From: Octopus sinensis | Lineage: Eukaryota | Direction of reading: 5' to 3' | Assembly (NCBI RefSeq): GCF_006345805.1 | Contig: NC_043007.1 | Location: 496,001 to 560,000, forward strand | DNA: 64,000 nt | In this document: positions 13,560-25,411 of the stretch, one piece after another | How the letters are laid out: every line of letters begins with the position of its first letter | Numbering within the stretch: the stretch's first letter is position 1 | Notes under the pieces: generated by a model | The model's database searches: none | Told to the model about the DNA's origin: nothing | Seen by the model: only the letters and a program-made list of their open reading frames with translations | Program-made: the position numbers and the translations under genes

Positions 13560-14490
13560 CAGTTGTGTGCATGTGTGTGTGCATGTGTGTGTGCATGTGT
13601 GTGTGTATGTGTGTGCATGCATGTGTGTGCATGTGTGTGTGCATGTGTGTGTGCATGTGTGTGTGCATGCATGTGTGTGCATGTGTGTGTGTATGTGTGT
13701 GTATGTGTGTGTATGTGTGTGTATGTGTGTGCATGCATGTGTGTGCATGTGTGTGTGCATGCATGTGTGTGCATGTGTGTGTAGTGTGTAGTGTGTGTGT
13801 GTGAGTGTATGCATGTGTGTGTGCATGTGTGTGTAGTGTGTTGTGCGATTGTATGTGTGTATGTGCATGTGTATGTATGAATGCAACTTTGTGTATGAAT
13901 CTCTGTGTGTAGTGTGTAGTGCGTCTATGTATATTAAGTGTGTGTATATGTGTACGTGCATGTATGTTTGTCTGTGTTTATGTGTGTGTGCATCTGCGTG
14001 TATGTGCGTGTGTCGTGTTCAGTTTGACTGTGTATGTGTGTATATGTGTGTGAGTGTGTGCATCTGTGTGTGTATGTGTGTGTAGTGTGTAGTGTGTATG
14101 TGTGAATGTATGCATGTGTGTGTGCATGTGTGTGTGTATGTGTGTGTATGTGAGTATGTAGTGTGTAGTGTGACTGTGTGTATGAGTGTATCCACGTGTG
14201 TGTGTGCATGTGTGTGTGCATGCATGAACTTTTGTGTATGACTGTGTGTATGTAGTGTGTAGCGTGTAGTGTGTATGCGTGTGAGTGTGTGCATGTGTGT
14301 GTAGTGTGTAGGGTGACCGTGTGTGTGTGTGTGTGAGTGTATGCATGTGTGTGTGCATGTGCGTGTGCATGCATGCACTTTTGTGTATGATACTGTGTGT
14401 GTAGTATGTATGTGTGTGAGTGTGTGCATGTGTGTTTAGGTACGTGTGTGAATTCGTGTGTGAGTGTGTGTATATGTGTGTGTGTGCGTG
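13560..14490. repeat. TG-rich degenerate satellite (GTGTGTGCAT-type units)
   Basis: Direct reading; source of the His-Thr and Cys-Val ORFs. Confidence 0.92.
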
Positions 14491-14653
14491 TGTTTCCGAA
14501 TATACCCTCGACCACCGACTGAATTATATGTAAACATAAGCAGAATATTGATTTTAGTGTAAAAACGCTCGAAATTATTATTATATATTACCAGAACCGT
14601 TAATCATCTCTTAGTAGTAGTAGTAGTAGTAGCTATTGCAGTTTTTATTGTTT

Positions 14654-14686
<33 letters not shown>

Positions 14687-14841
14687 ATGCTGTTATTTCT
14701 ATTCTCATTGTTAATGTTGGCACTAGAATATATCTTTTCCTTGCAGCGGTTTATACCTGTACTTACTTACACGCAGGAATACATACATATATACACACAC
14801 ATACATACATACACACATACATACATACATACATACATACA

Positions 14842-14872
<31 letters not shown>

Positions 14873-15041
14873 GTACACACACATACATACATACATACAT
14901 ACATACATGCATACACACATACATACATACGTACATATACACATACAAACTTACATAATTACATACATTCATATATGAATGTTTTTGCATGCATTCATAT
15001 ATATATACATATATATGTGTATATATATATGTATATAAACA

Positions 15042-15110
<69 letters not shown>

Positions 15111-15134
15111 GTATATATCTATGCACACACTCAC

Positions 15135-15184
<50 letters not shown>

Positions 15185-15256
15185 TTTTTCCTAATCACAT
15201 AAGTCGTTTGTATTATTTTCATTCCGTATTTCAAAATGTATTTGTCACAAGAACTG

Positions 15257-15291
<35 letters not shown>

Positions 15292-15292
15292 C

Positions 15293-16720
15293 CAGAAGAC
15301 CTTCTATCCCAGTCTGTTGTCCCAGTTTTCAAAAAAGGAAACAAATCGCTTGCCGTGAATTACCGTCCAATCTCACTCACCTCTCATATCATCAAGGTAT
15401 TTGAGAGGGTGCTGAGATCGCGTATGACTCACTTCCTTGAGAGTCATAATATGCTGAACACCAACCAGCATGGATTCCGTAATGGGAGAGATTGCCTGAC
15501 GCAGCTACTGCATCATTTTGATGACATTTTGAGAGCCTTGGGAGAGGGTTCCAACACTGATGTCATCTACCTTGATTTCAGCAAGGCCTTTGACAGGGTT
15601 GATCATAAGATCCTTCTGAGAAAGCTGTCCAATATTGGTGTCACTGGAAAGCTGCTGCAATGGATCAAGTGCTTCCTCTCTAACAGAACCCAACATGTTG
15701 TAGTCGAGGGAGTCAAATCCAGCCCAGCCAAAGTCAGCAGTGGTGTCCCACAAGGCACTGTGTTGGGCCCACTTCTCTTCATCATCTACATAAATGATAT
15801 TACTGACACCATCAAACACAGCAACATCAGAACCTTCGCTGATGATTCCAAGCTCCAGAAGGTCATCAATGGCGTGGATGACCGAATAAACCTTCAGTCA
15901 GACCTACTGGCTGTTGTCCAATGGGCGGAAAAGAATAACATGTTGCTAAATGAAGACAAATTCGAACTGATCCACTTGGAAGGGAGGACGCTCTGAAACT
16001 CCCATACTCTCTTCCTTCTGGAGAAATTCTCATGGCATCCAACAACATCAGAGACCTGGGAGTAACAGTGGACAACAACATAAGCTGGGCTACACATATA
16101 AGCAGCAAAGTTGACATGGCCCGCAGAATGTGTTCCTGGATTCTCAGAACCTTCCAGTCGAGAGATTCCCACGCTATTATCCTTCTCTTCTCCACTTTTG
16201 CCCGACCCCACCTTGAATACTGCTGTCCACTGTGGTCTCCCTACACAAAACAAAATATTATGAGAATTGAAGCTCCCCAAAGGTCAATCACAAAAAAGAT
16301 AGATGGCATGTCAGACCTTGACTACTGGGGTAGACTAGAGAAGCTGAAATTGTATTCACTCCAACGACGCCGTGAACGCTACATTATCTGTATGATGTGG
16401 AAAATTTCCATCAGCACTGTCCGAATGATGTTGGCATCACCTTCAAAATGCATCCAAGGCTTGGACCACGTGCCATCCGTCCACAACAAAAATCTAAATC
16501 GCATCACATAACGACAATACGGCACAACTATTTCACCTCATTTGGACCTGCTCTCTTCAACATTACACCAGGACACGTCAAAAAAGAAACTGACCACACA
16601 AAATTCAAGAAGTCTTTGGACAAATTCCTTCAAACAGTACCGGACAAACCACCCACACCCGGATATGTCTCCGCAAACAATAACTCTCTGCTCGAATGGG
16701 CCTTGGTGCCCAAATCCTGA
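15293..16720 (+). pseudogene. Reverse transcriptase ORF2 fragment with two 1-nt frameshifts
   Basis: Motifs [68 protein letters not shown]. Frame changes near 15972 and 16405. The track's start at 14989 is microsatellite. Confidence 0.92.
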
Positions 16721-16805
16721 ACTGAAAGACTTCGCCAGGTGGTGCTATTAAGTTAGACATGGCCTGGGCCAATACTGGCCAAAAACCTTTCTAAGTTATT
16801 CTAAG

Positions 16806-16810
<5 letters not shown>
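15293..16810 (+). mobile_element. CR1/L2-group LINE, 5'-truncated, inserted in a (TA)n tract
   Basis: RT coding region followed by a 3' UTR with GGTGGTGCT...CATGGCC, a GGCC-AATACT-GGCC hairpin and a CTAAGTTA(TT) tandem tail; (TA)n on both flanks. Confidence 0.9.
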
Positions 16811-16860
<50 letters not shown>

Positions 16861-18151
16861 AATGCCTGTGTGTGTATATATATATATATAATATATATAT
16901 ACATACCCACATATATACACACATATATATATACATACGTATATAAAAATTTTCCCATACACACTCACACATACGTATATATATATATATATACTTACAA
17001 ATGTGTGTGTGTGAGTGGACATGTGTGTACGCATGCCTGTGTGTGTTTTTTGTAATGAATAAATAAATCATGACGCAAGCTGTTACATCATGAACGAAAC
17101 ATGACTTTCTGCTTTGCATTTGTTATCACGTTTGTTTTCCCGGTTGGTTCGTGCACGACTGAATCGGTGGACGCAAGCTTGTGCGTTACCCTTCAGCTTT
17201 TACGGTTTCTCATAGAGTGACGGTAAGAATTGTCGAAGCTTATCCTCTGACTAAAAGCCGAATTCGAACGATTGCCCTTAAGTAGACTACGCTACGCCAT
17301 ACGCAAATAAGGACGAGGGGTCAGTTTAAAACATGCGCTGGGCAACGGTTTATTATTCAAAAGCATAAATGCACCCATCAGATGGAATTCCACGTAACAG
17401 TTACTGTCTACCAAATAGCACCCACAAAATTTTGGCTAAAATTAGAAGAGGCACATCCTAAGTTTCTCATGGTGTCATTGGGTGTGAGATAACGCTTAAA
17501 AACATTTAGATTCGAAGAGAACTCGTGGACCATAGAATGCCTGTGAAAATGTTGCATCTTTCGGTTTGTGTATACGTTGTTTGTTTTGAAATCGAGTTGG
17601 TAAATGTGCAGAGAGTATGATATAGTGACGAGCCAATGAAAGAGTCATTAGATGGTCTTTTGATACGATTGTAATAGCAGGCAAATCTCCCTCGAATTGT
17701 ACACGTTTGACACGCTTTAAAGGAAGCAACGACACGTTGTATATTGTCATGTTAGATATCGTCTGCCTTAAACGAAGTTGCAATAACGTTTCTTGGCCTT
17801 TGAAGCAGGGCGACCGAACTATGGCTAAACGACAACATTGTGTGATAATTTAAATATTTTGGTGTTAAAATGAATAGTAAAGGTAATAACATCATGCACA
17901 CACACACACACACACACTCACACAAATGCACACATACACACAGGCGTGCAGGCGTGCACTTCTCGTCATACTCATACACACAGAGTTACATACACATATA
18001 TCATACACATGTCATCAGTGGATGTAGGCTAAGTTGGTACCTTTCAGCTATTACGGCTTGAGGAATATTTAGCTGCTATTCGTAGCAGGTCGAGCGAAGA
18101 AATAGAGCCCAGCCCTCGTTGGTTCGTTTAATTCAAATACTACTACTACTC

Positions 18152-18184
<33 letters not shown>

Positions 18185-18221
18185 TACTACTACTACTACT
18201 ACTGTGTGTAGTAAAATGTTT

Positions 18222-18380
18222 AACGGCATTCGTCCGTCTTTATGTCCTAATTCCAATCCCGTCGAAGTCGACTTTGCCTTTCATCCCGTCGAGATCGATG
18301 AAGTAAGAACCAGTCGATGTAATGGACTTACACCTCCCCGAAAAATTGCTGGTATTTTGCCAAATTTTGAAATCATACTT
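18222..18380 (+). mobile_element. Degenerate MetaSINE-type SINE
   Basis: GAAGTCGACTTTGCCTTTCATCCCGTCGAGATCGATGAAGTAAGAACCAG matches the central domain. Confidence 0.65.
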
Positions 18381-18394
18381 CTTATTTTAACTCA

Positions 18395-18668
18395 GGTTAT
18401 GTTGGACGTTCTGAAGTCATGCATGCGTAGCGGGGCTCGCTACCCGTAGCCTGCGGTGCCATATTATCCGTTCTTTTCAACTCTAATAGTTTTTCCTGAT
18501 TATTCTGGCCGTGACAAGGAGGCAAATCTTTTGTAACAGTTCTATTAGGCTCTCTATTCCCATTTTCATTATATTCCCCTTGATGCCTCCTGAAACTGTC
18601 CCCAAGGACCTAACAATAATTGGCACTCTCTTCACCTTTTCATTTTCCACAGTCTCGTATTTAAGATG
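18395..18668 (-). mobile_element. R4/Dong-type RLE C-terminal fragment (family C)
   Basis: Minus strand reads ENEKVKRVPIIVRSLGTVSGGIKGNIMKMGIESLIELLQKICLLVTARIIRKTIRVEKNG*; 5' end abuts the (TAA)n at 18670-18720. Confidence 0.7.
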
Positions 18669-18669
18669 G

Positions 18670-18720
<51 letters not shown>

Positions 18721-18723
<3 letters not shown>

Positions 18724-18877
18724 TAGTTTTATTTTTATAGCGTGCTTTCACTTCACTACCGAGCGCAGCTCTGTGTGCCTTAGGTATGTGCTGTGATTTG
18801 TTGTGATGCTCTGATGGTTATTGTATGGAAAGTGTTCTGCGTAGGATTGTGTGCAGTGCTTAGTAGTGCAATTTTCT

Positions 18878-18880
<3 letters not shown>
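18721..18880 (-). mobile_element. R4/Dong-type 3' end (family A) embedded in (TAA)n
   Basis: IQKIALLSTAH... plus the same 3' UTR and end (AAAACTACTG-AATAAT) as 338-587; (ATT)n on both sides. Confidence 0.85.
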
Positions 18881-18933
<53 letters not shown>

Positions 18934-19182
18934 GTTATTATTATCGTTATCATCATCATCATCCTCATCATCTTCATCATCATAATTATTTTAACTATTA
19001 CATGCTTTACATATAAGCGGGGATGTATTGAAATTTGGTGAGAACGAGCCTCGTTAAAACTCAAAAGTTATCTTAAGATTCTTGCAGAATACTATTACGT
19101 TTATGTGGTAAATGCTATGTATTATACAAGTTCCTTGAGGCCTCAAGTAACAACGATGTACACGTTTTTACTATGAGAAAGA

Positions 19183-19248
<66 letters not shown>

Positions 19249-20090
19249 TGTAGCAATGATATATTTCAGGGAACGCAGACCAAATACAGATAATTTAAAT
19301 TTTCATATGTTTGGTGTAATATTTGCATTTTACAAAACGCTTTTATAGATTCAAATATTTTCAAGTTGAAAGTGTTTTTCTGAGGATTTAAGCTGTACCC
19401 ATGAGAGCAATTTTCTTTTGCTCTGATAACTTTCTGTTCCCTGGAATTTGATCATTGGTATTTAAGTGCACCATTTAATATTAACTCTAAAGTTACAGTT
19501 GCCATTCTTACACGCCACATTTTTGAGGCTTCTAATTCAAGGTTCTTGTATTTACTTAATTCATGAAACATTTGCACAGAGTTTGCTGGGATTGACAGAT
19601 CTATGAGTAAACATGTTTTGTCAATGTTATTTTTCAGCAAAATATCTGGTCCATTAGCCCGAATAACTCGATCGGTTTGAAAACTAAGATTTCAAAAAGC
19701 GGTGATGTCTTATTTTCTATTACTTCGGTAGACTTGCGTTTCCACCAGTTCTTTTCAAACGGGATCCTAAACTAATGGCATATGATCCTGTAGAAAAACC
19801 GATCAAGTCTGTCATAGCTATTAGCATATCCGCTTCAATCTAACATAAAGTAACCAAACATGAAGTGGTCAATGGTTTTTATGGTTGTACCACGAAAACG
19901 GTAGACAGGAGCAGTACTATTTCTAAGCATGTTGGTTTAGTAATTCCTTGTGGAATCATACTTATCGGGAGCTGCTACAATTAAGTTTTCTTATTCTAAT
20001 TCATGTCCGAGCATAGACAGCCACCGATACGATAATTACTCGCCATATCACGGTTCACCTATCGCGCCCTCAGTACATCGCGGATTTTTC

Positions 20091-20256
20091 AGGCGCAGGA
20101 GTGGCTGTGTGGTAAGTAGCTTGCTAACCAACCACATGGTTCCGGGTTCAGTCCCACTGCGTGTCATCTTGGGCAAGTGTCTTCTGCTATAGCCCCGGGC
20201 CGACCAATGCCTTGTGAGTGGATTTGGTAGACGGAAACTGAAAGAAGCCCGTTGTG

Positions 20257-20311
<55 letters not shown>

Positions 20312-20530
20312 TTGTGTGTCTCTGTTTGTCCCCCTAGCATTGCTTGACAACCGATGCTGGTGTGTTTACGTCCCCGTTACTTAGCGGTTCGGCAAAAGAG
20401 ACCGATAGAATAAGTACTGGGCTTACAAAGACTAAGTCCCGGGGTCGATTTGCTCGACTAAAGGCGGTGCTCCAGCATGGCCGCAGTCAAATGACTGAAA
20501 CAAGTAAAAGAGTAAAAGAGTAAAGAGTAA
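20091..20530 (+). mobile_element. tRNA-derived SINE group B, full length, nested in the Tigger MITE
   Basis: Head GGCGCAGGAGTGGCTGTGTGGTAAG...GGGTTCAGTCCC, internal (TA)n(TG)n, tail GGCGGTGCTCCAGCATGGCCGCAGTCAAATGACTGAAAC(AAGTAAAAGAG)n. Confidence 0.88.
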
Positions 20531-20717
20531 TATATGTAAATTTATATCGCAGACCCCTCAGTATATCGCAGGTTTCTACAGCCGATAGGTATTTATATTT
20601 TTTAGATTTTGAATATTTCTGTGATAAAATAAGCATTTTCGCGCCTAAAAATTAATAAATTAATAAATAAAAATACAGTACTGTAATGTATAACACATTA
20701 ATTAAAATATATTTTCT

Positions 20718-20845
20718 ACTCTAGGCACAAGGCCCGAAATTTGGGGGGAGAGGGCCAGCGAATTAGATCGACCCCAGTACACAACTGGTACTTAATTTAT
20801 CGACCCCGAAAGGATAAGTGCAGAGTAGACCTCGGCGGAATTTGA
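20718..20845 (-). mobile_element. MetaSINE-type fragment nested in the Tigger MITE
   Basis: TTAGATCGACCCCAGTACACAACTGGTACTTAATTTATCGACCCCGAAAGGAT. Confidence 0.75.
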
Positions 20846-21593
20846 ATTAATTAAAATAAATTAAAAGAATATACGTAGTGTAGCGTAGATGACTGAACAA
20901 ATAATCGTATATGCTGTATGGAAAACGAAACTCGGGAGGCGAGTGTGGGGTGTTGCTTTGCATTTCTGTGTAAAATTGTGAATTTATTTCGAGCCCTACC
21001 ATGTCCCCCAAACGCTCTGCACCTTCAAAGTTTTCTGGCGGTGAATCCAAGCGCAGAGAAGGTGAGACCCCTCGACACGCAGAAACAGAGAAGACACGGG
21101 TACTCTTAAGAGTGTGAGAGAGAGTTTATAAAAGCTTAAATATATAACAATAATAAAATAAATATATACAAATTATAAAAATAATAATAATAAATATACA
21201 CAGTACATCACTGTTTCTACTTCGCGGATTTTCACCTATCGCGGTGGAGGGGTGTTTTGTAACGTAACACCCGCGATAGTCGCGGGATTACTGTTCATCT
21301 CAACATCAGAATTGCCAGCTCTTGTTCAGTATTTAGCACGTACCTCTTTACGTTTTCGTCTATTTCGCTGTGAGATTCCAATAGATTTGGTTTCATTTAT
21401 GTTTTGCTTTGACTGTGGGTTCTTCTGCTTTGTCTAACTGCACCTCAGTCTCGGAGATCTTGACATATTTCTTTGCTTCTTTTGGTACTGAGTCTGGTTT
21501 CTTGGTATTTCCAAATTCAAGCATCCAGTCATTATTGCTCGTTGAATAGATGTTTAAACCTGCATTAGTCTTCGTTTAGTGGATTATATTTTC

Positions 21594-22010
21594 ATATTTC
21601 TTTATTGTCCACAAGGGGCTAAACATCGAGGGGACAAACAAGGACAGACAAAGGGATTAGGTCGATTACATCGACCCCAGTGCGTAACTGGTACTTAATT
21701 TATCGACCCTGAAAGGATGAAAGGCAAAGTCGACTTCGGCGGAATTTGAACTCAGAACTCAGCGGCAGACGAAATACCTATTTCTTTACTACCCACAAGG
21801 GGCTAAACACAGAGGGGACAAACAAGAATGGACAAACGGATTGAGTCGATTATATCGACCCCAGTGCGTAACTGGTACTTATTTAATCGACCCGAAAGGA
21901 TGAAAGGCAAAGTCGACCTCGGCGGAATTTGAACTCAGAACGTAACGGCAGACGAAATACTGCTAAGCATTGCGCCCGGCGTGCTAACGTTTCTGCCAGC
22001 TCGCAGCTTA
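21594..22010 (-). mobile_element. MetaSINE-type tandem dimer with a 17-bp TSD
   Basis: One full unit plus a headless second unit; TAGTGGATTATATTTTC at 21577-21593 and 22011-22027. Confidence 0.9.
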
Positions 22011-22387
22011 TAGTGGATTATATTTTCTGTTCACTTCAGGCTTTCGCCGAAGCATGCCGGGCGACGTGAGAAAGTTGCGTATTTTTATGGAAATTCTAAC
22101 TCATCGATGGACCATATTAAATGATATTAAATCTGTGGATCACAACAGGAACAGCCGGAGCACTGATGGCATCAGCCCTGTTTCTTGCATTACGTTAGCT
22201 TTGTCTTTAAGAATGGCGCAACTACAATAACATTCTTTCCATTTTATAACCAACCTCCTCCTCCTCCTCCTCCTCCTCCTCATCATCATCATCATTTGAT
22301 GAAAACTCACAACTTGTTTTGCTGAGTATGATGGAATGCGTCAGCTGTCCACAGCCGGCAGACTAAGGAGACACTTGTTTACTGGCC

Positions 22388-22487
<100 letters not shown>

Positions 22488-22505
22488 CATTATTTTTATT
22501 ATTGT

Positions 22506-23445
22506 CATGTTTGGCTCTTGCTCTGTATTTCTAGAAGTTGACTCCAAGTCTCACCCAAAGACCTCAAGTGTCAACAAGTTATAAGTTCAACTTGGTGTCA
22601 TGACTAGGGTGCCATATATTTGACTTTGCGCTGAGTATTGTTCTAGAGAACCTCTGTCAAAGCATAAGTAAATTAAAAGTTTGTTTTAAAAGTAATTTGA
22701 TTATAAGATGATAGTCTGACGTCAAGACGACAGTGAAAGGGGTTTGCTTTTATCTACATTTAAAAGTATTTTGATGGTTTTTATAGATTGAAATATTTTG
22801 GGATTACATAGACAATACTTTACTTAGGATATGGGTAGTTCCCATGAGCACGATTTTTTGAATTTCTTCCATTTGCGGATTTCTGAACTAGGTAACAATC
22901 TGGTAACAATCTGGGATTTCTTGTAACAATTTCTGGATCTAGGCAACAATCTGGAATTTCTGAACTAGGTAACAATCTGCCCCTTCTGCTATCATCCCCT
23001 AGGGCGCCTATGACAACAGGTATTGTTGTCAGCGAGCTGGCAGAAACGTTAGCACGCCGGGCGAAATGCGTAGCCGTATTTCGTTTGTCGTTACGTTGTG
23101 AGTTCAAATTCCGCCGAGGTCAACTTTGCCTTTCATCCTTTCGGGGTCGATAAATTAAGTACTCGTTACGCACTGGGGTCGATGTAATCGACTTAATACC
23201 TATGTCTGTCCTTGTTTGTCCCCTCTATGTTTAGCCCCTTGTGGGTAATAAAGAAATAGGTATTGTTTTAATCTTGTGGTTCCACATTTTGCCAATTTTT
23301 ATTTCAAGATTCTTATACTTGCTCAGTTTTTGGTAGGTATTGACAGATACATTTATGTTAATTGGGACAGTCATATCGAATAGAAGGCATCTTTTTTGTC
23401 TGAAATCCTTCAATGTCTGGCCTATTTGCATCTATCTTTCTGTCA
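22506..23445 (-). mobile_element. R4/Dong-type RLE fragment (family B), split by a SINE
   Basis: QTDRKIDANRPDI..KDFRQKRCLLFDMTVP...KLSKYKNLEI...KTIPVVIGALG; 3' UTR matches 23756-23870 and ends in (TAA)n; short internal tandem duplications at 22880-22980. Confidence 0.8.
23028..23257 (+). mobile_element. MetaSINE-type SINE with a 10-bp TSD
   Basis: AGGTATTGTT at 23018-23027 and 23258-23267; the empty site CAACAGGTATTGTTTTA is seen in the paralog near 24090. Confidence 0.9.
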
Positions 23446-23449
23446 GTTT

Positions 23450-23699
23450 GAACGCTGAATTATCCAAACCTCCAAGAATTCCTTTCAACACACGGCTATG
23501 ATGCTCTCCCACTACTTCTGCCCGTGATCAGAGATGCACATATCGTCAGCCATTAAGGGACATGGTCAACTGGTTATGGTCAAACAACTCATAAGCAAAT
23601 ATATGGTATTGAGCAGAATATTTGCTGTAGCCCATCTTTTATACCAAGACAAACAATGTATATGATAACATTTCCAATCAGAGCCACTGCCTGGTACTT

Positions 23700-23700
<1 letters not shown>
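23450..23700 (-). repeat. Probable unclassified interspersed repeat fragment
   Basis: Lies between LINE pieces and resembles, from memory only, a common octopus repeat; no second copy in this window. Confidence 0.3.
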
Positions 23701-23755
<55 letters not shown>

Positions 23756-23757
<2 letters not shown>

Positions 23758-24253
23758 GTTTGACTTTTGCTTTATGTCTGTACAAGTTGGCTCCAAGTCT
23801 CACCCAAAGACCTCAAGAGACAACAGGTTGGAAGTTCACGTTGTTGTTATGCCTAGTGTGCCACATATTTGGGGGGTTTTTTGGTGTCGTACTAGTGAAT
23901 GTCTAATACATAAATTAAAAAAGAAAAAGTTTGTTTTAAACCTTGCGATTACATAGAGAGTATTTTGCGTAGGATATGAGCAGTTCCCATGCGCACTATC
24001 TTTTGAATTTATGCCATTTTGGGGTTTCCTGGTATCTGAGTTAGGTAGCAATCAGCCCATTTCGGTATCATTCCCAGGGCACCTATGACAACAGGTATTG
24101 TTTTAGTCTTCAGGTTCCATATTTTGCTGATTTCTATTTCAAGATCTTTATATTTGCTCAGTTTTTGGTAGGTCTTGACAGATACGTTTATATCGATTGG
24201 GACAGTCATATCAATGAGGAGGCATGTTCTTTGTCTGAAGTCTTTCAATATGA

Positions 24254-24256
<3 letters not shown>
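23756..24256 (-). mobile_element. R4/Dong-type RLE fragment (family B) embedded in (TAA)n
   Basis: IILKDFRQRTCLLIDMTVPIDINVSVKTYQKLSKYKDLEIEISKIWNLKTKTIPVVIGALGMIPK; (ATT)n at 23702-23755 and 24256-24328. Confidence 0.85.
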
Positions 24257-24319
<63 letters not shown>

Positions 24320-25002
24320 CATTATTATTGATTCATATTCAACGGAAGTAAACATTACCGTTCATACATTCAGGTGAAACTTACTTATTAGCCCCACAGT
24401 CATGCCTGAGCTTACATTTTGAAAGTAAGCAAAATATGAGAAAATAAATACAATGAAAATGTTTAATGTTTAAGGTCATAATCCGTTAGTTTAATTACCT
24501 TTTATGACACATACTTCACATCAGGTAAGCATCCGAACGCCTCAGGTATCAGACGACCTACGAGAAAATGCACTCAAATTTCCTTCAAAGTGTCATCCTA
24601 TTGTATTAAATTAGAAAAAAAATGATATATCGGGATTGCCCACGGAAGGATAAAAGGCAACGTTGAACTTGGCGAGATTTGAAATCAAAATGGAGAAACA
24701 AGAAAAATATGTATTATAATAAAACATTGCAGGTTACGCTCTGACGAATCTGTTCGATTCGAAATGTTTCTTTATTGTTTATGTTGTCAGTGTAGGCGTA
24801 TATGGCGAACAGATATTCAGCTGCGCCAACGAACACCCACGGACGCCTACAACACCACGCAAAGTTTAGAGAAATGTTATGGACATCGATACAACGCTAT
24901 AAAAATGCTATTAATGTCACTTGATCTCATACATTTGAAAACACAACGATATAGTAGGTATGTATGTATATACGATATATATATATACATATATATATAT
25001 AT

Positions 25003-25034
<32 letters not shown>

Positions 25035-25059
25035 ATATATATATATGCGCAGAATGCTG

Positions 25060-25205
25060 TGTAACTTACTTCCCAACCGCATGGTTCTGGATTCAGTCCC
25101 ACGGCGTTGCACCTTGGGCCACTGTCTTCTATTATAGCCTCGAGCCAACCAAAGCCTTGTGAGTAGATTTGGCAGACGGAAACCAAATGAAGCCCGTCGT
25201 ATGTA
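25060..25205 (+). mobile_element. SINE group B, 5' portion
   Basis: CCAACCGCATGGTTCTGGATTCAGTCCCAC...GACGGAAACCAAATGAAGCCCGTCG followed by (TA)n. Confidence 0.75.
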
Positions 25206-25254
<49 letters not shown>

Positions 25255-25326
25255 TATACATATATATATAATACATATAAGTATATGAAAGAATGGAGTT
25301 GAACGACTAGTTAACAAATATCCTTT

Positions 25327-25411
25327 ATTCTCGACATATGTTTCGAAGGCTGCATATTCCTAATTCCGAAGGAATAAGGAGTACATTATGCAGATTTCTC
25401 TTCAGGAAAAT
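25327..25411 (-). ncRNA. Minimal type-I hammerhead ribozyme at the PLE 3' end
   Basis: Minus strand: stem I ATTTTC/GAGAAT, core CTGAAGA, stem II GAA..CTGCATA/TATGCAG..TTC, GAAA, palindromic CATATG, cleavage triplet GTC, followed by AATAAA. Confidence 0.85.

Larger units (their letters stand above)
20030..21293 (+). mobile_element. Tigger/pogo-type internally deleted DNA transposon (MITE)
   Basis: Right TIR CCGCGATAGTCGCGGGATTACTG, degenerate left TIR CGATAATTACTCGCCATATCACGG after TA, subterminal TCACCTATCGCG at both ends, and a transposase-like start MSPKRSAPSKFSGGESKRRE at 21001. Confidence 0.7.
19300..22250 (-). mobile_element. Old R4/Dong-type LINE ORF (RT C-terminus to RLE), split by a Tigger MITE and a SINE dimer
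   Basis: Minus-strand pieces read in the expected order: AISAPAVPVV..FNII / WSIDELE / AGLNIYSTSNNDWML / KEAKKY / AKY*TRAGNSDVE | YRWL...AAPDK..TRNY...KTIDH...NWWK..TEVIEN / QTDRVIRANGPDILLK..CLLID...LSKYKNLE / KIALMGTA*ILRKTLS. Many stops and frameshifts. Confidence 0.72.

Noticed and set aside
5175-14515. Many 60-190 aa ORFs rich in YI, LSIY, HT, CV
   Set aside because: Stop-free frames of di- and tetranucleotide repeats.
14989-15292. N-terminal 100 aa of the 335-aa RT ORF
   Set aside because: (TA)n-derived YIYI sequence; the LINE homology starts near 15293.
24738-24775. CTGACGAATCTGTTCGATTCGAAATG as a hammerhead
   Set aside because: The hairpin overlaps the core GA, there is no stem I, and it lies in a decayed MetaSINE head.
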